Positions 27,291 to 39,332 of a DNA stretch of 64,000 bases are shown here, one piece after another. How positions within the stretch are numbered: the first letter of the stretch is position 1; every line of letters begins with the position of its first letter. Under the pieces are notes generated by a model, which saw only the letters and a program-made list of their open reading frames with translations, searched no databases and was not told the origin of the DNA. Source of the stretch: Cycas panzhihuaensis (Eukaryota; Plantae; Cycadophyta); assembly GCA_023213395.1 (NCBI GenBank), contig CM041465.1, positions 156,371,741 through 156,435,740 on the forward strand. The letters run 5' to 3'. Made by a program: the position numbers and the translations under genes.

Positions 27291-29173
27291 AAAGCTCTTA
27301 TTTCACAACATTCTTTCCCTTTGATCTAATATGCTTAAGGGTTCTTCTTCAAAATCAACGCTTGGTCTAGCTACAAGATTAGTCCACTCAAACACATGCT
27401 TTGAGTTTGGCACATGCTTTTCAACAATGAAATATGAAATATGGAACACATTGTGAATTTGCAAATTTGGTGGCAAGGCTAGTTTGTAGGAAACTTGTCC
27501 AATTTATTCTAAGATCTCAAATGGACCACAATATCTTGGTGAAAGTTTATTGCACATGCCTAAGCTAAGAGAATTGTGCTTGGGTCTCACCCATAGAAAT
27601 ACATGGTCACCAACATTAAATTCTCTATTTGCTCTCTTTAAATTTGCATAGATTTTCTGCCTATCTTGGGCAACTTGTAGCTATTGTCTAAGGTTGATGA
27701 ATTAACTCTCAATCTCTTTTAGTATTTCTAGCCCTAACATGTATCTATCTTCTAGGTTTTATCAGCTAAGGGGTGTATTGCACTTTCCGCCATATGGTGC
27801 TTCAAAAGGACTCATGCCTAAAGAGGAATGGATTGCATTGTCATTGGCACATTCTACCAAATGAAGATGGTTTTCACAGGTAGTTAGTCGCTCCATTGTG
27901 TACATCCAAAGCGAGTTGTTGAGTACTTGACTCACCCTCTCTATTTGTCCATCGATTTTAGGGTGATAAGTTGTGCTAAACTTCAGGTTTGTGCCTAATT
28001 CTTAGAACATGGATTGTTAAAATTTTGAAGTGGACTTGGCATCTCCGTTAGACACGTGCCTTAGGCACACCATGCAATCTTACTATCTCCTTCATGAATA
28101 TGGAAACAACATCTAAAGTAGTGTATGTGGTGCAAATTGAGACAAAATGTGCTAACTTGGCCAAATTGTCTTACACCACCAAAATAGCATCCTGCTACCA
28201 AGAACTCGACAAACCTTGATAAAATCCATGTTGATGGTCTCCCATTTCCATTTTGGAAAATCTAAGAGTTGCAATAGTCCAGTAGGGTGTTTGTGTTCAA
28301 TGTTGACCTTTTGACATGTTAAGCATTTGGTTACATAGCTCATTATGTCATTCTTCATTCGAGGCTGATAATATTGTTTTTCATAGTTGCATTGGTCTTG
28401 CGGTTTCCTCCACTATGTTTCATAGCACCTAGCATTTCAAATTGCCTCCTCCAAGGTCTTAGGCTCATGAATTCTTATCTTGTTTTGGATACTTTCATTC
28501 AATCCACTGATCACTTTGTAAGTCTACATCTTTTCTTCCTATATGTATGGGATATTGGAGAAGCTCTATGAACTTTCTTTCATATTCATCCACTATTATT
28601 TTCCCTTGCTTCAACTCATGGAAGACTATTGTCCTTTTGTCATAGTATTGTTTAGAAAAATACTTTTGTTTGAAATATTTAACAAACTTATTCCACCTCA
28701 TCTCTCTCTCTCTCTCTCATGTCTTTGACCATTTTGTGATGTTCCCACCACAAGGATGCTTTGCCTATTAAATTATAAACAACAATCCTTACCTTCTCAT
28801 CAGAGTTGAAATCATTCAATCTAATGTATTTCTCAATGTTGAGCAGCCATGCTTCTGCTTCTCCTTCACTCTTGATTTCTCAATTGAAAGTGGGTGGCCT
28901 TACCTTCCTCATCTCAAATTGGAATACACTCCTCTTAACTTTATGCTTTACTCTCTTAGGGGTTTAGTGCTTGTGTATTGCTCCTCATCATGCTCTCTAG
29001 CTCTCCTCTTATTTCTTCTACTTGAGTGTTCATGAGTTGATGGCTCTTAGGGTCTACTTCTTCTCCCATTGCTTCATAAATGCTTCAATTTTAATTTCTT
29101 CTATGTTAGGGTCTCCTTGTCCCTCTAAAGTTGCCCTAAAGTCAGCCCTATACTAGGTTCTTCCTCTTCTCAT
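27291..29173 (-). pseudogene. G1 gag fused directly to integrase-chromodomain (PR, RT and RH absent)
   Basis: gag AEAWL...KASLWWE...WNKFVKYFKQKYF (28495-28900); integrase CLTCQKVNIEH...WETINMDF (28152-28358); chromodomain EEEPLSILDQRE continues at 21600-21711 (QVKV*WK...EATWE). Confidence 0.88.
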
Positions 29174-30429
29174 AATGATTTCTATTTACTAGTATGAATC
29201 TTGCTCAAAGCTTTGAGAGTTCTTCCTCTCAACTATATGAGATAATCGAGTGCTCTGATAAATATCCTACTTTAACAACTCCCTCTTTCACTTCTTACCT
29301 AGAAGTTTTGATAACCATTTGAGCTTTAACCTATATGCTCTGATAAGCTTCTTCATAAGTGTTAACATGGCAGTTAATTATTAAGCCACTTAGTTAATGT
29401 TAATGTGGTTTAATTAAGCGAAAAAGTGCAAAGCCAAACGGTGCGATTTATTCAGAGGATCACAACCCTAATTGGGTGAGACCTCTTGGAAGAATATAAA
29501 TGCCTTGAGTCCTTGTGTATTCGATGAATCATTGTATCAATCCATTGTGAAATAATAGATGTGATCCATCAAGGATCCTTTTGTGGTGGGTTTTTTCTCA
29601 AAATGGTTTTCCCACGTAAATCTTGTGTACTATGCATCCGTTTTCTGTGTGTACTCTTGTTTGCTTGTTGTGTATGGTTAAAGATTCTGTGGATGGGAAT
29701 ATTTGTGTATGATTTCATGTTCCCGAACATGGTATCAGAGCCGTAGGGTCCTACACAACTGAAGTTTGACGTTGAGAAGGGTAGTGGGATTGTTGGTTGC
29801 CAGGTAACACCGTCTAACCCAAGACAAGTCTTGAGGGTCCATCAAGCCCAACAACGTGCAGAAGCAGGCACAATGAATTAGTGGTGGTTGAAGCTATGAA
29901 ATTCACTATTCAACGAAGAATAAGAGTTCATTGGAGTCGATATTCAGGCGTGAAGACCACATTTGTGGTTGGAGTTGGCTCGTTAGTCATCCGCCGCTTG
30001 AAGAACTATAGCAGTAATTCAAGCCAGCGGAGCACACGTTGATGGTGATTCAGCGTCTTTAAGGACAGCCATCAAAGTGTACACGTAAGTTAGTTATTTA
30101 CCCATTAAAAACACTATAAAATTAAAAAAAGGGGTGTTGTTTTTTGGATATACCTGTGACTAGTCTGTATAAGGGAGAGATTGGAGCCTTCTCGGGATGT
30201 TTTTAGCCCTCTATATTGAGATTAGACTGTGCATATAGCAGCCCCAAGCATCTTCTGCAGTAATTTTGAGTTGTAGTGCCTCTTTTCTGGGTATGTGAAC
30301 CCATATCTCTGTTGAAAACGCATTTTTGAGCCTGCATCTGGGTGTTAAGTGATGGCTGGGCTGATTATGCGCCATTTAGGAGACGTGTGTACATGATTTA
30401 AGCTTGTTATAGCTGTACTAAGGCTGGGT

Positions 30430-30680
30430 GAGTACACTATAGTGTGTTTGGGCGCTTTTCCTCACTGTCTGAGCATTGATTGGTGATAGTTGGGTGTTTT
30501 TCTCACTATTTGAGCATTGATTGGTGATGGCTGGCCATTTTTCACACTATATGTGCATTGTTTTGTAATGGCTGGGCGTTGTTCTTATTAATTGAGCATT
30601 GATTGTTGGTGGTTGGGTGCATTTCCTCTTGGCTAAGCATCTTTCTCCTTGGCTGGGCATCTTTCCTCGTGGCTAGGAGC
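30430..30680 (+). repeat. Degenerate tandem repeats in the Copia C leader (~42-bp units x4-5, then ~20-bp units x3)
   Basis: Recurrent TGAGCATTGATTGGTGATGGCTGGG and CTTTCCTCGTGGCTGGGCAT-like units. Confidence 0.75.
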
Positions 30681-31429
30681 TTATACATGCTGGTTGAGCT
30701 TGTTTAGAGATGGTTGGGCTCTATCTGGGCTATGTACTAGCCATACGGGTGAGTGCAAACCTGCAATAACCAGTGTTGGTCTGACCAATTGACAATGCAA
30801 GCTGCGGCTGCCGCAATAGTTTAAATGGCTACGAGAGAGAAATCAGAATATCAAAAGTCATATATCAATAATATTTGATATCACTTTGGTTGATAAAACC
30901 TTAGTATATGTTGTAACTTGATTTACAACATGTGCTTTTAGTGAAAAGCCACGGCCCTTTTTTAAAAAGTCATAAACTTTAGAACATGCCTTTAGGCATA
31001 TTCCCCTCAATGTAAAAATATAAAAGGGACCCTTTATACCATTGATAGGACATATTTCAACATAGTGTGAAGTTATTTGAATCGTTCAAGACCCCTCGTG
31101 AGCCATTTTCAGCGTGAATCGAGGAGGATTATCGTGGTTTTTTGACTTGGAGACCGTGCATCATCGCTTGTTGACCCATCCTTTGATTTGGAGCACGTTT
31201 TCTTAAGCCTTTATTTGTGTCAGTTGTGAAATTTACATGGCTATTTAAGGACGTTTGTTGATAGTTGGTAAGAGAAAAACAGTCGGTGGCTCACTTAACG
31301 TGGGTATAGTCAGTGTTGGATGCCCTTGGAAGCATGCTCGTGAGCCAGAGGAAGACACGAGGGTGCATTTTGTCCTGCAGACAATCGTCTTTGGTGTCAT
31401 TTGAATCATATTGAAGCCCGTTTCTCGAG

Positions 31430-34400
31430 ATGGAGTGCATTATGCCCAAAGTTATCTTCAATAGTAACAATTTTAGTGAGTGGAAGGCCAATATGGAGCT
31501 TATTTTGATGGCGAATCAACTCTGGGGAATCACCAAGGCGAAAGTGGATGCGATTCCATTAGACCATAAGGAGTGAATTCATCTCGAAGAGAAGAAATTT
31601 ATGGCCGTGGGACTATTGAAACTGTGACTGCCGCCGGATTAGAGAGCGTTGGTTCACAACCTAGATGAACCAGATGAGATATGGACAAAACTGTGATACA
31701 TTTGAAAAGAAGCAGACGAATAGGCATCTTGCACTGATGTTGGAGTTACTCAACTCACGTGTGGAGGATGAGAACAACATCAACTCCTACCTTAAAAAGA
31801 TTATAGACTTGAAGAATAAGCTAGAGGAACTGAAGCCAAACTCGATCGATGATGCATTGCTATTCGCAATAATCATCTTAAAACCGCCAGCTGCCTTCGC
31901 CATATTCTAGACCATTTATGGTAGAGATGAAGTGGTGGAAGTAGAGACATTTGATGGGCTTAAAAACCTGATTCTAGTGGAGGATGCTAAGCTCAAACAT
32001 CATGGTATGCTTAGAGGTTCTGGTTCAAGTTAGGCCCTAGCCATGAAAACTCAGAGGAAGGAGGCCGCTAAGGAGGAGAAGATCACACAGAGGTCAGGAG
32101 AAAGTTCTCAAGACAAAAAGAAGTTCAACGGGAAATGCAATTACTGCAAGAAGGTTGGTCACTGCGAGAAGAATTGTTGGTTCAAGCGTCGTGACAAGCG
32201 CAAAGTCAATCGGGATGATAAAGGAAAGAACGTTGCTGCTCATTGCATCTGAGCAAAAGCCTTATCAACCGAGTCAGATCGGAGAGATTATTGGGTGCTT
32301 GACTTTGGGGCGCATAAACACATTCTTACCAGAGGCAAAACTTTGATATGATGACTTCAAATCAGAGTGGTGCTCAGATTGTCCTAAGGGTGCTCGCGTT
32401 TTGCCGATAGAAGGTATCGACGAAGTTTCCATTGCAGGAGGTAAATTTACTGGGGTATTTTATGTACCAAAGATGCAGTTGAACCTTCTTTCAGCTTGGG
32501 AGATCTGCAAACAAGGTATGAAGGTGGAGCTCTACGATGACAAATGCCTAATTAAGGATTCAAAATAGAATTTTGTTGTCATAGCTACTAGGAAAGTCAG
32601 GGACAACTTTAGGGTGTCTGAGAAGTTTCAATCTTAGAAGAAGTCCCATGCCTTTGTTGCTAGTGCAGATGACGTGAGTAAGTTGTGGCACAATCGCCTA
32701 GGGCACCTTAATTACAGTAGTATTGCACTGTTGAAGAGGTTGAAGATGGTGGAAGGATTGTAGGTAGTTACCTGCTCAGATGGTGTGAGTGAAGGGTGTA
32801 TGCATGGCAAGCACCACCGCTACCTTTTTACTCGAGATAATGCCTAGAGAGACAAGGAGAAGCTGGAGCTTGTACATTCATACATAATGGGTCCTCTTCC
32901 TAACCCTTCGATATCTGGAGCTCGTTATACCCTTGTATTTGTAGATGACTATACCAGGAAGGCTTGGGTTTATTTTCTCAAGAACAAGTTAGACATGTTT
33001 GATCGCTTTTGTGATTGGAAAGCGATGGTTGAAAATGAATGTGATAAGAAAATAAAGTCATTAAAAGTGATAATGGCAAGGAATACGAAAACTATGTGTT
33101 CAATTAGCTCTGCTGTGATCATGGTATAAAGCAGATATTTATAGCCCCGTATACCCCACAACAGAATGGAGTTGCTGAAAGAAAAAACTGTACCATGATG
33201 GAGATGGTGAGATGTATGGTGCACGCTAAAAACCTGCCACTGAAGTTTTGGGCAAAAGCTGTGGCGATTGCTATTTATATTTTGAACAGGGTACCTACTC
33301 AAGTAGTTCGGAGCATAACCCCCGAAGAAAAATGGACCAATCATAAGCCTGTCATTAGCCATTTAAGAATGTTTGGGTGTATTGTGTACGCCCACATCCC
33401 AGATGATACTCACAAGAAGCTAGATCAGAAGAGTCTAAAGTGCATATTCATGGGGTATCATACTAAGAATAAAGCCTACAGACTATGGGATCCACAAGGG
33501 GAGAAGATTGTGGTTTGTAGGGATGTAAAATTTGATGAGACATCGACGTATCATGCCGATAGATCACTATAGAAGCCTTTTTACCCCCCCTTCTACCATT
33601 CCCAGATTCATCAAGCGAAGAGGACAATGAGCCAGTTGATGGAACACCTGAGAAAACAGGATCAAGTGGGACGAGTAATAGTGAGGAGCCACCGCAAGAT
33701 GAAGTACCTCCAACAAAGGGTCCTTCAATACCTTTATGGGCAAGGAAGACTCTAGAAGATTCTGGTGTGGCGATGCATACCTTAACCGATGATCGAAGAA
33801 CACAAAGTCAGCATGCCAATTGAACTTTGTTGGTAGATACCAATGACTCCGATGATCTTGATTTGTTCGATAAAGTTAAAGGAGATCCACGATAGAGAGC
33901 TGCGATGGAGGAGGAGTCTAGTTCTCTATTGAAGAACAACACGTAGGATTTTGTTCCACTACCTCCAACGAAGAACCTCGTGGGATGCAAGTGGGCCTAC
34001 AAAACGAAGTTCTGCTCCGATGGAGAGGTGGACAAATATAAGACCAGACTTATTGCATAAGGATTCAAGTAGAAAGAAGGAATTGACTATGAGGAGACAT
34101 TTGCACCAGTCTCCACGATGAAAACGGTTCGATTTCTCATTTCCTTAGTAGCTACTTACGGTTGTGAGTTACACCAGATGGACGTAAAGTCAGCATTCCT
34201 TAATGGAGATCTAAAGGAGGAGATATATATGTCACAGCCTTTGGGATTCGTTAAGGATGGCTAGGAGCACCTTGTCTGCCATCTGAAAAAGTCAATCTAT
34301 GGCCTAAAACAAACACCCGTGCTTGGTATGAAAAGATGGATGTGAAGTTGAAAGCTGAAGGTTTCAAGATTTTAGAACTCGACCCGAATCTGTATGTGAA

Positions 34401-35350
34401 GAGAAGAGGGACTTCAATAGTTTCTTGCGTTGTGTATGTGGATGATTTGGTCATCGATAGTAACTATGGCAAGGCTATTGCTAAAGTCAAATCCAATTTG
34501 GGAGCTTCATTTGACATGACAAACCTTGGGATACTTCATTACTTCTTGGGCATTCATATGAGGCAAATGGATGACAGGATCGTGTTGTTGCAGTCGCAGT
34601 ATATGAAGAACTTGCTGGAGAAATTTGGAATGCAGAATTGCAAACAAGTTGTAACACCATATGTAAAAGGCGCAAAGTTGCAGAAGGATATGGCCAAGCC
34701 CTCTGTAGATGGCACCAAATATTGCTAGTTGGTAGGGAGTCTGATCTATTTGACTCATACTAGGCCTGATATTGCATACGTTGTCGGGTTGGTTTCCGCT
34801 ACATGCAGAATCCTCAGGAACCTCATTTGGTTGCAGCGAAGTAGATTTTAAAGTATTTGAAGGGGACAATTAATCTTGGTCTTGAATACCATTGAGGTGA
34901 AGAGATACGATTGTATGGCTAAATGGATGCTGATTGGGGAGGAGATTCTGACGATCGGAAGTCCACTGCTGGATATCTATTTGGTGTTGGTAATGGATTT
35001 GTTTCGGGGAAGTCAAAGAAGCAACAGACAGTGGTGCTCTCTTCTATAGAGGCAAAATATCAAGGACTCAATGCTGGTGCGAAGGAAGCCATATGGTTGT
35101 AAGGTCTCTTGGAGTTTCCAATGGACACCCGGTTATCTTTGTTGATAATCAAAGTACCGTTCGCCTATTCAAGAATCCAAAATTTCATGCACGTACGAAG
35201 CACATTGAGATTTAGCACCATTACATTCGTGAACAGATCAAATCAGGAAAGCTGCAGGTCAACTACTGTCCGAGTGAATTCTAGCTTGTGGACGTGTTCA
35301 CCAAACCTCTCACTGAAGATCAATTCACAAAGATGCATACTGGACTTGGA
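31430..35350 (+). pseudogene. Copia C gag-pol, disrupted
   Basis: MECIMPKVIFNSNNFSEWK start; CNYCKKVGHCEKNC knuckle; integrase FVDDYTRKAWVYFLK; RT VYVDDLVI; RH HARTKHIEI. Confidence 0.93.
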
Positions 35351-35866
35351 CCCACCAATGTTATCCTTGAGGGGGGATGTATCGACAAGGATAAAGAAGC
35401 TGCAAGATAATCCCAGCCTTCATGATAACATAATTGTTACAATTGACAGGCTCCCCACATTCATATTAAGGGGGGATGTTAACGTGGCAGTTAATTATTA
35501 AGCAACTTAGTTAATGTTAATGTAGTTTAATTAAGCAAAAAGGTGCAAAGCCAAAAGGTGCGACTTATTTGGAGGGTCACAACCCTAATTGGGTGACACC
35601 TCTTGGAAGAATATAAATGCCTTGAGTCTTTGTGTATTCGATAAATCATTGTATCAATCCATTGTGAAATAATCAATGTGATCCATCAAGGATCCTTTTG
35701 TGGTGGGTTTTTTTCCAAAAGGGTTTTCCCACGTAAATCTTGTGTATTGTGCATCTATTTTTTGTGTGTACTCTTGTTTGCTTGTTGTGTATGGATAAAT
35801 ATTCTGCAGATGGGAACATTTGTTCCCGAACAATAAGCTTACATCTTGAAGCTTTGATACCATCTT

Positions 35867-36526
35867 TGTCACGGCCCCACACTTTACTTGGGGTTAGCTA
35901 TGACTCACCCAAGTCTACCAACCAAGCTAACACCTACTTAATCTACTTGAACTGCAAAATGTAAAATTAGAGTTATGCAAGTATGCATAGTGGAAAACAT
36001 ATGCCCAAAGATGCAATAGGTTTAGGAGGTTAGTGATGTTTCCTAAAGATTTTCAAAAACACAATCTCAACATATATAAATTTAAGAAAATATAACAAGT
36101 GACCTAGCATTATATTTCACATTTAGGGCATCTTCTATACTCACAAACTTGATTGTAAATGGGACCAACCAAATTACTTATAGGATTCACTACCCAACCA
36201 ACTAAATTCCTAATGAGGAAAATGCCCCCAAGCTAAATCACAAAATATGAACGCTAGAGCATTGGTAAGTCACTCAATCCTTGGCCCATAACCTATACTA
36301 ATGACTTCTTTGGTCACAAAGCTACAATAAAACACTATTGTACTATTTCTGAACTTTTTACTACACTTGATTTATGCATTCTATCTAGAGATGTCACAGC
36401 ACATATGCTTCACCATTGAGTCAATCTCTTTGGACTCTCCATCTATGTGACCCACGTGTCTCATACTATGCAACGTGTGACGATAATGGGTTGTGAGTTT
36501 CATACCACACAACACCTGCATGTATC
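35867..36526 (-). repeat. G1 5' LTR, piece 1
   Basis: TGTCACGGCCCC start 4 nt from the PBS; aligns to 18608-~19268. Confidence 0.9.
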
Positions 36527-37061
36527 TGTGTGCCTGCTAGCCTATAACTACTACATAGCAATTCTGTAACTAAAATAGAATAGCAACACAAGATCAACCA
36601 AAGTGAATATAAACTATAATCATTGTATTAATTATGGGTTGCATTTATCTTCTCATAACTAGACGCAAACCCGAAATAGTACACAAGGTTGCAACTGGTG
36701 CAATACAACAAGACTTAATTACAATTCATACAGGTGCATAGCGCTTAGTACTTAGATTCAACTAGTACTCACGCACATGCCATACCCCCTATGATTACCC
36801 ATTACATAATTATATCCCCATTCTATAACTATTGAATGCTAGAGTAGTTATGGTTCTATAGTTGGTTGCAACTGCTTCCAATTGTTCGTTACATTATTGC
36901 GGTTGCACAGGCCATTATTGTTAAGGTTGGCATAATTGCAATTTGAATTACCCTCCTTCCACCCGACGTTGCAACTACTTGGTCGCAATTGACTTCCCTT
37001 TTAATTCTTGTTTTCCACAACCTTGGTTTATGTTGCAACCAACATAATTTCCCAACACACA
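36527..37061 (-). repeat. 3' LTR of G2 (535 bp)
   Basis: Direct repeat of 50003-50536; purine tract CGAGGGAGA adjacent on the minus strand. Confidence 0.93.
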
Positions 37062-37161
37062 TCTCCCTCGTTACTATTTCCACAAGTGCCCTCACTCATA
37101 CAAAATTTCAAAATTTTCAAAATTCTCTTCCTCACCCCCCCTTAAATTTTTGAAATTCAAC

Positions 37162-39040
37162 TTATGACTGCTGTTGGATTTTCATCATTTCCTGTCGAAT
37201 AAACTGTGGATCAAGTCATTGCACAGTACTAGGTGGAGAGATGTCCTGACTCCTACAATGGTCATATAAAATTCCTACATCCCACAATGCTTTCAATTGG
37301 GCCATAGTGGGCTTTTCTCCTGAATGTAGTTCTTCAATCTCCTCCTTCAATTCATTGTTCATTAGTTGAGCATAGGCTAATTGCTTCCATAATGATGTAA
37401 TCATAGTCCAATATTTATTGGCATGTGCAACATGTTGTGTTTGCAGGATCCAACCCCCTAGCTTATGCATTACCTTTTCTAGCCCTAGTGGCATCTATTT
37501 ATTAAATTGATTCTGAAAATTTTTCACCTGATGTTCCACTCATAACACATCATCCACCCAATGCATAATGAATTTGATCAAAATTTCTAATTTAGCTTTG
37601 CAAGCTGGCAACTAGTCTTCTACCTTATGTACCCTCCACATATCGGACGGTGGGTGCTTATTCTAGGTTTCCAATTCAGTAATCAATTGTCGAGGGACTT
37701 TTTCTAAAAAAGAAGTTTTCCAATGTGCCACATTATGTGGTTTACATGCCACGAGGTCTATTTCTTCCTCCAGAAATTTTTCATTGGAATCAAAATCAAC
37801 TTCAATAGGTTGGTTGTTTAAAATTTCTATTATTTCTTCTTTCCTTTTTACTATTGTTAATTTTCTCTTTCTTTTCTTCTCTTCATCAATGTTCAGGACC
37901 TTGGCCAATTATGGTTCTTACTAAGATTCTTCCTCCAGAATCTCTTCCTTGATAAGTACCCTGTTATCTCCCTCCTTTTGCTTTCCTTTCTTAATTTCTT
38001 ACCTTTTCTTTTCCTCCTCTTTTTCCCCTTTTTAACTTATCTCCTTTTACTTTTTCTACTTCTACTCATTGACTCGTGAGGATGCCTTTTCTTGGTACCT
38101 TTTCTTTTCCCCTTTTTCTCTCAAAGAAGGTCCAGGACTGCTTGATGGCTTCTCCCGCAATTCTTCACTTGCTCCTAAACTTGAGTTAACCATTCTTTGT
38201 CATGCGCCAATTTTTGAAATATTCTGTCCAATTAGCTAGGATAGATTGTCCTTGTTCAGGTTGTGGTAAATCAAGACCCAAACACTGAGGATACAACAAC
38301 CCTTGGAAGAGAGTTTGATGATAGAATACTGAAGACTGTGTGCTGATTTTGATATTATTCAATTTTTCAAGAAGTTTAATAGAGACAAAGGAAGTCCTCC
38401 TAAATTTTTCTCCTTGTGCTACCTTAAGGAGCATTGAGCACATCTTGGTTGGCACATATAGATTCTTTTGACTTAGGATTACCCAAGTGAAAAGAAAACA
38501 GGCAACCCATCATTGCTGCTCCAAAGCAATACCTATAATGCGAATTCCTGAGGTTGAAACATTTGACACTTGGACTCCCAACTATTGTGTTACTTGCTCA
38601 TGAGTAATCCATTTATCTCTTGCTACATCCTTGCCTATGTTTGGTAATTCTAAAATTTGGGCTATTGCCTCTGGAGACATATCAAGTAAGTCGGGTTGTT
38701 GCGCAATTAAACTAACCATTGTGGACAAAAAATTAAATGTAATTGGGAACAATCCTACTTGTATATATCGAGCAAACCCTACTTTGTCAAATTTATCTTA
38801 CGCATGTCTATTGTCGGCATAGTAGCCCAGTCTGTTTAAATTCTTTCGTTATCCATTTCCTAAAATACAATGTTGAATTCAAGGATATCTTCCATTCTAC
38901 AAGTTATGCCACAAATTTTGGTTGCTTACTTGTACTATTCCTGGTTTACCACTTTTCGTCACTGCTAGTTCCCTCAATAGAGTTGTTTTTTATCTTGTTC
39001 GCCTTGCGCGATCGTCATCATTTGTAGTATAGGTTGTTGC
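37162..39040 (-). pseudogene. Decayed extra ORF (~620 codons) of G2 in the env-like position, function unknown
   Basis: Collinear same-strand ORF pieces 38186-38455, 37663-37908 and 37216-37494 plus readable flanks; globular N-part, K/E-rich middle, coiled-coil-like C-part. Start is approximate. Confidence 0.65.
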
Positions 39041-39332
39041 ATCCGTACCTTTGTTGCAGCCAAATCATAACTAGGATCTCTATGATTATCAACCACTTCT
39101 ATGCATGATGGCCACTTGTCTGATTAATATTAGTCGTATCTTTTGAAAATCTCACGCCATCATTAACCATTATGTCAATTAAGACTTTCTGTCGACTCGT
39201 CATTATTGTTATTTTATGTGTTCAATTAATCATACTGCCAGATCACATCTATTTTGCGGCTGCATATCTATCCTCATTACTCGTGATTGTTGTCATTACT
39301 ATCTTAATTATGAGTACGATTGCCTTCATTCA

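Larger units (their letters stand above)
29360..35832 (+). mobile_element. Full-length Ty1/Copia element C, decayed
   Basis: LTRs 29360-29729 and 35477-35832, perfect TSD ATAAG, PBS TGGTATCAGAGC 29730-29741, PPT AAGGGGGGA 35468-35476. Confidence 0.96.
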
